A stretch of DNA of 32,000 nt from Phycisphaera mikurensis NBRC 102666 (GCF_000284115.1 NC_017080.1:3690001-3722000), one strand, 5' to 3'. Counted from the first letter of the stretch, positions 7,598 through 17,298 are shown. Translations and numbers: made by a program. The notes: generated from the sequence alone by a model not told the origin.

Positions 7598-7999
7598 ATG
7601 GAGGCTCCCGTTCCCGCCGGCGACGAGGAAGCGGTGCTCCGGGTCGGCGCCGTCGTGGTGCGGCCGGAGTCGTTCCGCGTGAGCGTCGCCGGCGAGCGCG
7701 TCGGCTTCACGGCCGCGGAGGTGCGGGCGGTGGCGCTGCTCGCCCGGCGGCCCGGCTGGACCTTCTCGCCGGCGCAGCTCCACGCCGCGGCGCACGGGCA
7801 GGCGTCCGCGGTCGGGCCCGCCAGCGGCGCCGCCAAGACGCTCGTCCACCGGCTCCGCAGGAAGCTCGGGCCGGCGGCGGCGCGGCAGCTGCAGAGCGTG
7901 CGCGGCGTCGGCTACCGGCTCGTGGAGGCGTCAGAACCCGGGGCGTCCGGCGCACCGGAGGCCCTTGGCGCGGCGGACGCCTTGCCCCGCCGGGATTGA
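7598..7999 (+). CDS. Stand-alone OmpR/PhoB-type winged-helix DNA-binding protein (Trans_reg_C domain only, no receiver domain)
   Basis: Internal ATG of track ORF 7316..7999: MEAPVPAGDEEAVLRVGAVVVRPESFRVSVAGERVGFTAAEVRAVALLARRPGWTFSPAQL...LVHRLRRKLGPAAARQLQSVRGVGYRLV. This fits the consensus LT..E..LL..L...pG.v.s...L and h..LRrKL......i.tvRGvGY.l. Third codon positions are very G/C-rich. Confidence 0.75.
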   Translation: MEAPVPAGDEEAVLRVGAVVVRPESFRVSVAGERVGFTAAEVRAVALLARRPGWTFSPAQLHAAAHGQASAVGPASGAAKTLVHRLRRKLGPAAARQLQSVRGVGYRLVEASEPGASGAPEALGAADALPRRD

Positions 8000-8100
8000 C
8001 CGGCCCCAAGCGCGGAAGCCACACAACGGCAACGCGGCGGTGACCCCCCGCCCGGATGGTTTCGGCCGTTGAGGAGGCGCACGAAGCGCCTCCGCTCGCC

Positions 8101-8119
8101 CCGGGGCGCAGCGCCCCGG
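8101..8119. promoter_or_regulatory. 19-bp perfect palindrome CCGGGGCGC-A-GCGCCCCGG, 21 nt upstream of the DUF1559 gene start, preceded by an 8-bp-stem hairpin at 8073..8093
   Basis: Read directly from the sequence. The hairpin is ggaggcgc-acgaa-gcgcctcc (8073..8093), followed by ccggggcgcagcgccccgg (8101..8119). Function is unknown; it could be an operator, a 5'-UTR structure or a terminator of the upstream regulator gene. Confidence 0.25.
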
Positions 8120-8139
8120 CACCCGACCCGGAACCCGAC

Positions 8140-9162
8140 ATGATCCGCCGCACCGGCCCCGCCTTCACCCTCATCGAGCTGCTCGTGGTGATCTCGATCA
8201 TCGCGCTGCTCATCGGCATCCTGCTCCCCGCCCTGGGCGCCGCCCGCGGGGCGGCCCGCAGCTCGGTCTGCAGCTCCAACCTGCGGCAGGTCGGCATCGC
8301 GATGACGACCTACAACGCGGAGAGCAAAGACCACTACCCCGCCTCCTACGTCTACCCCACCTCCACCTGGAACGGCACCGGCGGCGGCCGGCCGTTCCGC
8401 TGGAACCTCACCGACCAGGTCTCCGCGGGCATCAGCTCCACCGGCTACGTGCATTGGTCGTTCGCGCTCATCGACTCGGACACGCTCGGCCAGGAGGGCT
8501 TCCAGTGCCCCGAGCTCGAGGAGGGCGGCCACCCCGCCACCAACCCCGCGCCCGGCTTCGAGCGGGCCGACCAGACCCGCGAGGTGCCCAGCGTCGACCG
8601 GCAGGTCAACCGCTTGGCCTACGCCGCCAACGAGCTGATCATCCCACGCAACAAGTTCAACGACAAAGCGTTCGGGAAGGAGCGGAACAACCGCTTCGTC
8701 AAGGCCTCGGAGCTGCGGGCGGCCTCCAACGAGATCCTCGCCACCGAGCTCTTCGAGAACTTCGATCGCATCAAGAACGGTGCGGGAAACATCTCCAAGT
8801 CGCACCGCTCGCTGAACCCGATCCAGAGCATCTCCGGTGGCGCCGGGAACCCGACGGGCTACGCGAGGGATCAAGTGATCCGCGACATCCGCGGTGCGGG
8901 CGATCCCGACAGGTACGGCCTCGCCGACTACGACGACCTGCTCCAGAACAGCCCGACGCCCAACATCACCAGCGAGCCGATGAACGCCGTGGGCCGGCAC
9001 CACCCCGGCGACAACGGCCCCTCCGGCGGCGGCACCGCAAACTTCGTCTACGCCGACGGCCACGTCGAGACCACCGGCGTCGCCTACACGCTGGCGAACA
9101 AGAAGTGGGGCGAGCGCTTCTACTCGCTCACCGGGAACCAGCAGATCCGGTACCAGTGGTGA
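8140..9162 (+). CDS. DUF1559 protein with prepilin-type N-terminal cleavage/methylation domain (type II secretion pseudopilin-like)
   Basis: Internal ATG of track ORF 8056..9162: [52 protein letters not shown].... The C-terminal ...[17 protein letters not shown] is typical of the planctomycetal DUF1559 family. Confidence 0.9.
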   Translation: MIRRTGPAFTLIELLVVISIIALLIGILLPALGAARGAARSSVCSSNLRQVGIAMTTYNAESKDHYPASYVYPTSTWNGTGGGRPFRWNLTDQVSAGISSTGYVHWSFALIDSDTLGQEGFQCPELEEGGHPATNPAPGFERADQTREVPSVDRQVNRLAYAANELIIPRNKFNDKAFGKERNNRFVKASELRAASNEILATELFENFDRIKNGAGNISKSHRSLNPIQSISGGAGNPTGYARDQVIRDIRGAGDPDRYGLADYDDLLQNSPTPNITSEPMNAVGRHHPGDNGPSGGGTANFVYADGHVETTGVAYTLANKKWGERFYSLTGNQQIRYQW

Positions 9163-9270
9163 ACTGACCTTCCCCGCCGCGCGGCCCAACGGCCGCGGGG
9201 CGCTTTGTCTGCGCGGCGGCCTTCCGGCGGGTGTGTTCCCGCCAACGCCGCGCCCAATTGAGAGGAAACC

Positions 9271-12200
9271 ATGCCTGTCACCCCTTCGTCCCCGCGCTCC
9301 GCCCCGTCCGCCGCCCGTCGCACGGCCGTCCTGCTCGCCGCGAGCTGCGCCAGCTTCGGCGGCGCCGGCTCCGCCTTCGCCGACGAGGTCACCGTCACCG
9401 GCGCCACGCTCTTCGAGGAGTTCTTCAAGGTCGCCGCCAACGCGTCGGACTTCATCGACGCCGACAACGACGGCGTCATCACCGACTTCACCGCCAACGG
9501 CGGCGTCGGCACCGTCGACATCCTCTACGGCGGCGCCAACCCCTTCTTCGCCCAGCAGTACCGCGCCATCGGCTCGGGCAACGGCTTCCAGGAGCTGATC
9601 AACTACGGCAGCGTGAACGGCCCCGGCTCGTCCTTCGCCGCCATCAACGCCCTCAACGGCGGTGCCCCCAACGTCCGCAACACCGGCGAGGTGCCGATCG
9701 GCAACTTCACCGGCCCCGCCACCGCCGACATCGCCACGCTGGACGTGCCCGCTTCGTGGTTCGTCACCGACACCAGCGCCCAGGGCCGCTGGGACCTCGC
9801 CCCCCGCACCGGCTCCGGCGCCACCCCCGGCTACGGCAACGGCCAGGCCGTCTCCAACCCGGTGTACGGCACCACCGCCGACCCGCTCCAGGCCGGCGGC
9901 CAGGGCAACACGCTCAAGAGCCTCACCCCCTCGTCCAACAGCGCCGCCCCCGGAACGCAGACGCTCAACACCAACACGGGCTCGCCCGACGCGAACACGC
10001 TCTTCGAGACGCAGCTGGCGCTCTCGCCGATCGCCTTCGTCGCCAACGCCGGCGCCGCCGTCGACAGCACCACCTCCACCGGCGCCGCCGACGGCAACAT
10101 CAAGAAGAGCGAGCTGCAGCACCTCTTCGTGACCGGCCGCACGGTCAGCGGCGAGAACCTCGTCGCGATTACCCGCGACTCCGGCTCGGGCACCCGCAAC
10201 GGCGCGATGAACTCCATCGGCGTCGACCCCTCCTGGGGCACCGGCGACAACGTCGGCCGCAAGAACAAGGGCTCCGGCGACGACCTGGACACCCCCGGCC
10301 CCGACTACATCCCCACCAACAAGAACAGCTCCAGCCGGCTGGAGAACACCGTCCAGAACACCCGCCTGGGCGTCTCCTACAACGGCATCGTCGGCAACGC
10401 CGGCCCCGACTCGGTGGGCAACCGCTACGAGATCCTCAACGTCGCCAACGACCTGGACGCCACCTGGGACGGCACCAGCTACGTCCGGCCGCAGATGACC
10501 GACGACGCCGGGAACAACGTCGTCTTCAACGACGACGCCAACACCGGCCACCAGATCGGCGCCACCCAGACCTTCGTCACCATCGGCGACCCCTTCGCCG
10601 GGGACATCCACGTCGACGGCTCCGGCAACATCGTCGCCGGCCCCGGGACCGGCATCAAGACCTTCGCCGGCAACGGCTCGGGCAACCCGGAGATGGCCGA
10701 CAAGAAGGCCGCCCTCTACATCCGCAACATCCAGGAGTCGATCGACGCCTTCGTCGCCGCTCCGACCAACCCGGCCACCGAGGGCACGCCCGGCGAGTAC
10801 CTCGCCAGCAACTTCGCCCTGGTGAACGCCGCCAGCGCCCTCGCCGATCCCACCGCGCCGGGCACCTTCATCACCAACGTGAACACGAACCCCGACCTCC
10901 AGCAGGTCGGCGTCCTGCCCACCGAGGCCATCGAGGCCTCCTACGGCGGCGACCACGGCACCGTGCCCAACCGCGACAGCGGCACGATCTACACGGATGG
11001 CCAGTCGGCCAACTACCTCACCAACGGCGGCACCGCCGTCAACTACGCCTCCACGCTGGCGGCCGGCACGGCCATCGGCGAGGCGAACGCCATCGCCGGC
11101 GACTTCGACGGCGACCAGGTGCGGGACACCGACGACATCGACGACATGGTCGCCGCCGCCGAGGCCGCCGCCTCGGGCTTTGCGGCCCGCGCCGCCCTCG
11201 GCCAGGACGATCAGGTGCTCGAGATCATCGGCGACTTCAACGCCGACGGCAACTTCGACGCCGAGGACGTCCGCTACGGCGCCGACGGCCTCTTCACCCG
11301 CGGCCGCTCCAGCGGCACGCTCGACCGCGCCGCCAACTTCGCCGAGGTCGACGCCGCCTCGACCAGCGGCAACTTCTTCGGCACCACGCTGGCCACCGGC
11401 AAGGCCTACGCCGCCGGCGACGCCCGCGGCGACATCGCCGGCTCCGGCGACATCGCCGCCGGCGCCAACCCCCTCGGCGCCGACGGCACCGTGGCCGCCG
11501 AGGACATCGACGCCGTGTACGAGAACTTCGTCGGCCTCAACCTCGACGCCACCGCCGGCGTGCAGTGGAGCAACATCGAGGAGATCGCCAACGCCGTCAA
11601 CGCCAAGGGCTCCCGCGTCGACCTCTCCGCCGACATGAACGGCGACCTCACGATCGACCAGACCGACGTCGACGCCGTCGTCCGCGGCATCCTCGGCACC
11701 GAGTACGGCGACGCGAACCTCGATCGCACGGTCGGAGCGGCCGACGTGAGCGTGCTCTCCGGCAACTTCGGGCAGGCGGCCGGCTGGGCCGGCGGCAGCT
11801 TCGACGGCGACGGCCAGGTGGGCGCCGCCGACGTGAGCGTGCTCTCGGGCAACTTCGGCTTCGAAGGCTCGGGCTCCAACGCCCTCGCCTTCGCCTCGGC
11901 CGTCGCACCCGCCGTGGGGTCCGCGGTCTCCGCCCCGGCGGCGGTGGACGCCCGCGAGGTGGCGGCCCCCAGCGGCGACGCGGTGGCCTTCGAGCTGCAA
12001 GTCGGGGCGCTGGCGGACGGCTTCGACACCATCGAGACGATCATCGAGCTCACGGCGGGGACGATCGTGGCGGACGCGGACGCCACGGCGAGCCTGCTGG
12101 CCGAGGGCGACGACGAGTCGGGCTTCTCGGCCTTCCTCACGGCGCCCGCGGCCTTCGGCGGCAAGGGCCTCAGCGAGTTCGGTTACACGGAGCAGCCGAC

Positions 12201-12453
12201 GCTGCTCTCGGCCACGTACGCGAGCCTCGGGAACAACTCGGCGGCGTCCTCGGACGTGCTGCTGGCGCAGATCCTGCTGGGCCAGTCGCTGTCGGAGACG
12301 GCCGGGACGTACACGGTCAACCTCTTCGACAACGGGATCCTCCAGGACACCCTCACGGCCAGCTTCGGCGGCTTCGTGATCCCCGAGCCGGCGACGGCCG
12401 CGGTTCTCGGCCTGGGCGGGCTGACGCTCCTGCGGCGTCGGCGCAACGCCTGA
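9271..12453 (+). CDS. Large secreted PEP-CTERM-anchored protein with a PstS-like periplasmic-binding-protein region and dockerin/EF-hand-like Asp-rich repeats
   Basis: Track ORF, 1060 aa. SD-like gagagga sits 5 nt upstream of the ATG. The signal peptide is ...TAVLLAASCASFGGAGSAFA. ITRDSGSGTRNG resembles the PBP/PstS motif. Asp-rich repeats include GDFDGDQVRDTDDIDDMV, GDFNADGNFDAEDVRYG, ADMNGDLTIDQTDVDAVV and 2x GAADVSVLSGNFG. The C-terminal VIPEPATAAVLGLGGLTLLRRRRNA is a PEP-CTERM sorting signal. Confidence 0.85.
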   Translation: MPVTPSSPRSAPSAARRTAVLLAASCASFGGAGSAFADEVTVTGATLFEEFFKVAANASDFIDADNDGVITDFTANGGVGTVDILYGGANPFFAQQYRAIGSGNGFQELINYGSVNGPGSSFAAINALNGGAPNVRNTGEVPIGNFTGPATADIATLDVPASWFVTDTSAQGRWDLAPRTGSGATPGYGNGQAVSNPVYGTTADPLQAGGQGNTLKSLTPSSNSAAPGTQTLNTNTGSPDANTLFETQLALSPIAFVANAGAAVDSTTSTGAADGNIKKSELQHLFVTGRTVSGENLVAITRDSGSGTRNGAMNSIGVDPSWGTGDNVGRKNKGSGDDLDTPGPDYIPTNKNSSSRLENTVQNTRLGVSYNGIVGNAGPDSVGNRYEILNVANDLDATWDGTSYVRPQMTDDAGNNVVFNDDANTGHQIGATQTFVTIGDPFAGDIHVDGSGNIVAGPGTGIKTFAGNGSGNPEMADKKAALYIRNIQESIDAFVAAPTNPATEGTPGEYLASNFALVNAASALADPTAPGTFITNVNTNPDLQQVGVLPTEAIEASYGGDHGTVPNRDSGTIYTDGQSANYLTNGGTAVNYASTLAAGTAIGEANAIAGDFDGDQVRDTDDIDDMVAAAEAAASGFAARAALGQDDQVLEIIGDFNADGNFDAEDVRYGADGLFTRGRSSGTLDRAANFAEVDAASTSGNFFGTTLATGKAYAAGDARGDIAGSGDIAAGANPLGADGTVAAEDIDAVYENFVGLNLDATAGVQWSNIEEIANAVNAKGSRVDLSADMNGDLTIDQTDVDAVVRGILGTEYGDANLDRTVGAADVSVLSGNFGQAAGWAGGSFDGDGQVGAADVSVLSGNFGFEGSGSNALAFASAVAPAVGSAVSAPAAVDAREVAAPSGDAVAFELQVGALADGFDTIETIIELTAGTIVADADATASLLAEGDDESGFSAFLTAPAAFGGKGLSEFGYTEQPTLLSATYASLGNNSAASSDVLLAQILLGQSLSETAGTYTVNLFDNGILQDTLTASFGGFVIPEPATAAVLGLGGLTLLRRRRNA

Positions 12454-12466
12454 CCTCCCCCTGCCC

Positions 12467-12492
12467 GCCGAGCCGCCCGACGGCGGCCCGGC
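12467..12492 (+). terminator. Candidate stem-loop just after the stop codon (10 of 11 positions paired, 4-nt loop)
   Basis: gccgagccgcc-cgac-ggcggcccggc followed by ggcttgg. The U-tract is weak. Confidence 0.35.
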
Positions 12493-12552
12493 GGCTTGGT
12501 CGCGGCGGATCGTTTCCCGCTGCGCCGATCCTCGCCACCTTCGGAGTTTGCC

Positions 12553-13116
12553 ATGAAGTTCCTTCTGCCCGCCCTCGCCGCCTTCGCCGCCGCTTCGCCC
12601 GCGGCCGGTGCCTCGCTCCAGATCGACGCCGGCCCGACCATCGGCGGCTTCGACGCCTTCGCCTTCACGCTCCTGCCCGAGCAGCTCGACGGTGGATTCG
12701 ACACCATCGAGACCATCGTGACCGCCACCAGCGGCAGCTTCCTGACCGACTCGGACACCGCCGCGAGCCTGCTCAACGTCGGCGACGACGAGACCAGCTT
12801 CTCCGCGTTCCTGACGGCCCCGTCCGCCTTCGGCGGCAAGGGCCTCAGCGAGTTCGGCTACACCGAGCAGTCGGCGCTGCTCTCGGGCACCTACGCGAGC
12901 CTCGGGAACAACTCGGCCTCCGAGGGCGACGTGCTGCTCTCGCAGGTCGCCTTCGCCGCCGGCACGCCGGGCTCGGGCACGGTGCGTGTCAACCTGTTCG
13001 ACAACGGCCTGGTCGTCGACCAGATCACCGAGAGCTTCGTCGTGCCCGAGCCCGCCTCCCTCGCCCTGCTCGCCGCCGGGGGCGTCGCCATCCTCGGCCG
13101 CCGCCGCGCCGCCTGA
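12553..13116 (+). CDS. Small PEP-CTERM-anchored secreted protein; paralog of the C-terminal module of the preceding gene
   Basis: Internal ATG of track ORF 12496..13116, with GGAG 6 nt upstream. The signal peptide is MKFLLPALAAFAAASPAAGA. The C-terminus VVPEPASLALLAAGGVAILGRRRAA is a PEP-CTERM signal. The body aligns with aa ~905-1060 of the 1060-aa protein. Confidence 0.85.
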   Translation: MKFLLPALAAFAAASPAAGASLQIDAGPTIGGFDAFAFTLLPEQLDGGFDTIETIVTATSGSFLTDSDTAASLLNVGDDETSFSAFLTAPSAFGGKGLSEFGYTEQSALLSGTYASLGNNSASEGDVLLSQVAFAAGTPGSGTVRVNLFDNGLVVDQITESFVVPEPASLALLAAGGVAILGRRRAA

Positions 13117-13158
13117 GCCGCCTGAGTCGCCGAATGATCTGATTGGAGGAGGAAGCCT

Positions 13159-13192
13159 CCGCCGCCGGCCCCCGCGGACCGTCGGCGGTTTT
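13159..13192 (+). terminator. Rho-independent-like terminator (GC stem followed by TTTT)
   Basis: ccgccgccgg...ccgtcggcgg followed by tttt (13189..13192). It overlaps the CCGCGGACCG palindromic element at 13172..13217. Confidence 0.5.
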
Positions 13193-13217
13193 CGCTTGGG
13201 CGCCCCGCGGTCCGCGG
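13172..13217. repeat. Palindromic element: CCGCGGACCG - 26 nt - CGGTCCGCGG
   Basis: Left arm 13172..13181, right arm 13208..13217, 26-nt loop. It lies 3' of the small PEP-CTERM gene. Confidence 0.7.
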
Positions 13218-13318
13218 CGCCGCTCACCGGGCCCGCCGGCACCGGGGCCCGAAGCGGTAGCGTCGGGAGCCGCACCGGCTCCGCCGCCGGGCGGATCCAC
13301 GCCCCCTCCCGCCACGCC

Positions 13319-14467
13319 ATGAGCAACCCCTCCCCCCACCGCGTCGGCCTCGGCGTCATCGGCCTCGGCGGCTTCGCCCGCTTCTCGCTGCAGCACTTCG
13401 TGCAGGCCCCCGGCGTGGAGCTGGTCGCTGCCGGCGGCGTCACCAGCGACGAGGCCCGCCACGCCGCGGCCCGCTACGGCATCCCGGTGCTGGAGAGCAA
13501 TGACGAGCTCTGCGCCCACCCCGGCATCGACTGGGTCTACATCAACACCCCGCCCTTCCTGCACTTCGAGCACGCGATGCTCGCGCTGCGGGCGGGCAAG
13601 CACGTCCTCATCGAGAAGCCGCTCGCCACCGAGATCGGTCACGCCGAGGCCCTGATGGTGGAGGCCGACGAGCGGGGCCTCCGCCTCGTCACCAACCTCA
13701 TGCAGCGCTACAACCCGCTGCTGGAGACCCTCGGCACGGTCCTGCGCGAGGGCCTGCTCGGCGCGCCGCTGTTCTTCAACCTCACCAACCACGCCGTGGA
13801 CCAGGGCCTGCCCTCCGGGCACTGGTTCTGGGACCGCGACAAGAGCGGCGGCATCTTCGTCGAGCACGGCGTGCACTTCTTCGACATGGCCACGATGCTG
13901 CTCGGCCCCGGCCGCATCGACTCCGCCGGCAGCGCCCGCCGCGCGAGCGACGGCGCCGAAGACCAGGTCTGGTGCGACGGCCGCTTCGGTTCCGCCATCG
14001 CCCGCTTCTACCACGGCTTCAACCAGACCGCCGCCACCGAAGCCCAACGCTTCGAGATCGTCTGCGAGCGCGGGCAGATCACGATGGAGGGCTGGATCCC
14101 ACTCGCCGCCACCATCACCGCCACCGTCGATCTCGCCGCCACCCGCCGCCTCACCGAGCTCGCCCCCGCGGCCCGCCTCCGCGTGCTCGAGCAGTTCCCG
14201 CCGGACCGCCAGGAGGTTCGCGGCCACGGCCGGATGCATCGCGTCGACCAGTCGATCCGCCTGGACGTCCCGCCCGCCAGCCCCAAGAGCGAGCTCTACG
14301 GCGAGCTGCTCCAGCGCCTCTTCACCGAGCAGACCGCACCCGACGCCGCCTCGAACTCCAACTCCCTCCGCCTGCAACCCGACGACGGCCTGGAGAGCCT
14401 CCGCCTCGCCATCGCCGCCCGCGACCTGGCCGATGCTGCGGACGCGGCCGACCCGCCGGAGGATTGA
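13319..14467 (+). CDS. Gfo/Idh/MocA family NAD(P)-dependent oxidoreductase
   Basis: Internal ATG of track ORF 12986..14467: MSNPSPHRVGLGVIGLGGFARFSLQHF... (Rossmann GxGxxG/A). It also has ...AGKHVLIEKPLA (the family EKP motif). Confidence 0.85.
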   Translation: MSNPSPHRVGLGVIGLGGFARFSLQHFVQAPGVELVAAGGVTSDEARHAAARYGIPVLESNDELCAHPGIDWVYINTPPFLHFEHAMLALRAGKHVLIEKPLATEIGHAEALMVEADERGLRLVTNLMQRYNPLLETLGTVLREGLLGAPLFFNLTNHAVDQGLPSGHWFWDRDKSGGIFVEHGVHFFDMATMLLGPGRIDSAGSARRASDGAEDQVWCDGRFGSAIARFYHGFNQTAATEAQRFEIVCERGQITMEGWIPLAATITATVDLAATRRLTELAPAARLRVLEQFPPDRQEVRGHGRMHRVDQSIRLDVPPASPKSELYGELLQRLFTEQTAPDAASNSNSLRLQPDDGLESLRLAIAARDLADAADAADPPED

Positions 14468-14526
14468 GCCGGCAGGCGACTCCGCGGGCGCTCCGCCCTC
14501 CCCCGCCGCCCCCGTACCTTCTGCGG

Positions 14527-17298
14527 ATGCTGATCGAGCCGTACGTCACGCCCGCAGGGGCGCTTGCGGTCCGCGAGGCCGAGGGCGGAGAAACGGCACC
14601 GAGCGTGGCCGCCGCGAAGCGTCTGCTCACAGCCGCGGACGCGGAAGCCGGCGGGGGCTCCGGCGCTGCGCTGCTGGAGCTGGGCGCCGGCTGGGCCGAC
14701 GCCGAGCTTGGCCCGCGGCTCGGGTGGCTGCGGGCCTTCGCCCGGGCGGCGCTCACTGCGTGGTGTCGGGCGGCCGCGCAGGAAGCCGGGGCGGTGGAGA
14801 CGCCGAGCGAAGCCGCGCTCGCCGAGCGGGTCACGCACGCGCCGCCGCTCGCGGGCGGGGAGTACCTCCGGCCCGAGACCCTCGCGGCGTGGTGGGAACA
14901 GACCGGAGTGGCCCTCCACGCGGCGGCCGACGCGGCGGGGCTCCCCATCGGCGAGTACCTCGCGTCGCGGCACGCGTCGTGGAGAGCCGTCGGCCGGGTG
15001 ACCTTTCACCTCGCCGAGAACCAGCGCGACGAGGCGCGGCCCTTCGCCTTCCTCGCCACCTACGCCGACGGCCCCGCGCCCGATGGCACGCCGCGGCACC
15101 GGCCGCTGGGCAAAGCGATCGAGACGTCCGCCGGCTCAGGCGACCGCGCCACGCTGCTGGGCCTGCTGACCCCGATCTACCGCGCGGCGGAGCGGGCGGA
15201 CTGGCTGAGGGAAGCTGTCGTGAGCGGCGCCGTCTACCGGCCGCTCGCCTGGACCACCGGCGAGGCCTACGCCTTCCTCCGCTCGGTCGACACGCTGCAG
15301 GCGGCGGGCCTGGCGGTTCGCACGCCGGACTGGTGGTCCGCGAAGAAGCGGCCGCGGCCGACGGTCAGCGTGCAGGTGGGCGGGACCAAAGGCGGAGCCG
15401 TCAACACGGCGTCGCTGCTCTCGTTCTCGGTGAGCGTGACACTCGAGGGCGAAACGCTCAGCCCCGAGGAGATGGACGAGCTGCTCTCCGGCGGCGGCGG
15501 CGATGCCGCGGGCCTGGTCCGGCTGCGGGGCCGCTGGGTCGAATTGGACCGCGACCGGCTCGGCGCTGCGCTCGACCACTGGAAGGAGGTTGAAGCCGCG
15601 CACGCCGAAGGCGTCGGCTTCTCCGAGGCGATGCGGTGGATGTCCGGCGCGCAGGCGGTGGCGGAGGAGCAGGAGCCCTCGGCCGGAGCCGACCCGGAGG
15701 ACCCGGCCGCCTGGGTCGGCATCGAGCCCGGCCCCTGGCTGGAGGAAACGCTTGCGACGCTCCGCGACCCCGCGTGCCTGGCGCCCGCGGAGATGCCGGG
15801 CCTGAAGGCCCGGCTCCGCCCGTACCAGGCGACCGGTGTCGGCTGGCTGGGCTTCATGTCGCGGCTGAAGCTGGGCGCCTGCCTGGCGGACGACATGGGG
15901 CTCGGCAAAACGCTTCAGGTGCTGGCGCTGCTGCTGCGGATGAAGCGGGCGGACGCCGAGGCCGGACCCGACGCGAACCTGCCCCCGAGCCCGAGCCCGC
16001 CCCCGAGCCTGCTCGTCGTGCCGGCCTCGCTCCTGGCCAACTGGGCGGCCGAGCGTGACCGCTTCGCACCCTCGCTCCAGAGCGTCACGCTGCACCCCGC
16101 CGAGAGCGCCGTTGACTTGAAAGACGCCGGGGCCGTGAAGCGGGCCGTCGCCGGCGTGGACCTCGCGATCACCACCTACGGCATGCTCACCCGGCTGGAC
16201 GTGCTGCGCGAACTGCCCTGGCGGCTGGTCGTGCTCGACGAGGCGCAGGCGATCAAGAACTCCGGCACGCGGCAGACCCACGCGGTGAAGAAGCTCACCG
16301 CCGAATCGCGGGTGGTGCTCACCGGCACGCCGGTGGAGAACCGGCTGTCGGACCTGTGGTCGCTCTTCGACTTCCTCAACCCCGGCCTGCTCGGCTCGGC
16401 CGCCGCGTTCAAGCGGCTCGTCAAGCAGATGGGCGGCGACGACGACCGGCCGGCGGACTACGCCCCGCTCCGCCGCCTGGTCGGCCCGTACATCCTCCGC
16501 CGCCTCAAGACCGACAAGTCGGTCATCGCTGACCTGCCCGAGAAGACCGAGGTGCAGGCCTGGTGCGGGCTGAGCAAGCCGCAGGCGAAGCTGTACCAGG
16601 CGTCGGTCGACGAGATGGCCCGCGAGCTGCGTGAGGGGGAGCGCGCGGGCATCCACCGCAGAGGCCTGGTGCTCGGCTTCCTCACCCGCTTCAAGCAGGT
16701 CTGCAACCACCCCGCTCAGTTCCACGGCACCGGCGCCTACGCCGCCGAGGAGAGCGGGAAGTTCCTCCGGCTGCGTTCGCTGTGCGAGGAGATCGCCGCC
16801 CGGCAGGAGAGAGTGCTCGTCTTCACGCAGTTCCGCGAGGTCACCGCCCCGCTGGCCGAGCAGCTGGGCGAGGTCTTCGGCCGGTCGGGTCTGGTGCTCC
16901 ACGGCGGCACGCCGGTGAAGAAGCGGCAGCAGATGGTCCAGCGCTTCCAGGCGGCCGACGGGCCGCCCTTTCTCGTGCTCTCGCTCAAGGCCGGCGGCAC
17001 CGGCCTGAACCTCACCGCCGCCTCGCACGTCGTCCACTTCGACCGCTGGTGGAACCCCGCCGTCGAGAACCAGGCGACCGACCGCGCCTTCCGCATCGGC
17101 CAGAAGCGCAACGTGCTCGTCCACAAGTTCGTCTGCCGCGGAACCATCGAAGAGAAGATCGACGCGATGATCCAGGAGAAGACCGCCGTCGCCGACGCCG
17201 TCCTCGGCGGCGAGGCCGAGAAACGCCTCACCGAGATGGACGACGTCGAGCTGCTGGACTTCGTCAAGCTGGACGTGGCCAGAGCGGGCGAGCTTTGA
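14527..17298 (+). CDS. SNF2-family helicase/ATPase with long N-terminal SNF2-associated region (YwqA-like)
   Basis: Internal ATG of track ORF 13972..17298 (MLIEPYVTPAG...). Helicase motifs are LADDMGLGKT (I), LVVLDEAQAIKN (II), VVLTGTPVENR (III), ...SLKAGGTGLNLTAASHVVHFDRWWNPAVENQATDRAFRIGQKRNV (V-VI). Confidence 0.9.
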   Translation: MLIEPYVTPAGALAVREAEGGETAPSVAAAKRLLTAADAEAGGGSGAALLELGAGWADAELGPRLGWLRAFARAALTAWCRAAAQEAGAVETPSEAALAERVTHAPPLAGGEYLRPETLAAWWEQTGVALHAAADAAGLPIGEYLASRHASWRAVGRVTFHLAENQRDEARPFAFLATYADGPAPDGTPRHRPLGKAIETSAGSGDRATLLGLLTPIYRAAERADWLREAVVSGAVYRPLAWTTGEAYAFLRSVDTLQAAGLAVRTPDWWSAKKRPRPTVSVQVGGTKGGAVNTASLLSFSVSVTLEGETLSPEEMDELLSGGGGDAAGLVRLRGRWVELDRDRLGAALDHWKEVEAAHAEGVGFSEAMRWMSGAQAVAEEQEPSAGADPEDPAAWVGIEPGPWLEETLATLRDPACLAPAEMPGLKARLRPYQATGVGWLGFMSRLKLGACLADDMGLGKTLQVLALLLRMKRADAEAGPDANLPPSPSPPPSLLVVPASLLANWAAERDRFAPSLQSVTLHPAESAVDLKDAGAVKRAVAGVDLAITTYGMLTRLDVLRELPWRLVVLDEAQAIKNSGTRQTHAVKKLTAESRVVLTGTPVENRLSDLWSLFDFLNPGLLGSAAAFKRLVKQMGGDDDRPADYAPLRRLVGPYILRRLKTDKSVIADLPEKTEVQAWCGLSKPQAKLYQASVDEMARELREGERAGIHRRGLVLGFLTRFKQVCNHPAQFHGTGAYAAEESGKFLRLRSLCEEIAARQERVLVFTQFREVTAPLAEQLGEVFGRSGLVLHGGTPVKKRQQMVQRFQAADGPPFLVLSLKAGGTGLNLTAASHVVHFDRWWNPAVENQATDRAFRIGQKRNVLVHKFVCRGTIEEKIDAMIQEKTAVADAVLGGEAEKRLTEMDDVELLDFVKLDVARAGEL

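Noticed and set aside
9165-9205. Terminator after the DUF1559 gene (ccccgccgcgcggcc-caac-ggccgcggggcg)
   Set aside because: The stem needs a 5-nt bulge and there is no convincing U-tract. It is too weak to list as a feature.
7912-13443. 1843-aa minus-strand ORF, and the 1303-aa plus-strand ORF 9231..13142
   Set aside because: They are antisense to, or frame-shifted from, the DUF1559 and PEP-CTERM genes. Those genes have signal peptides, SD sites and sorting signals. The translations of these two ORFs are monotonous G/A/R/D/V or R/P/H strings.
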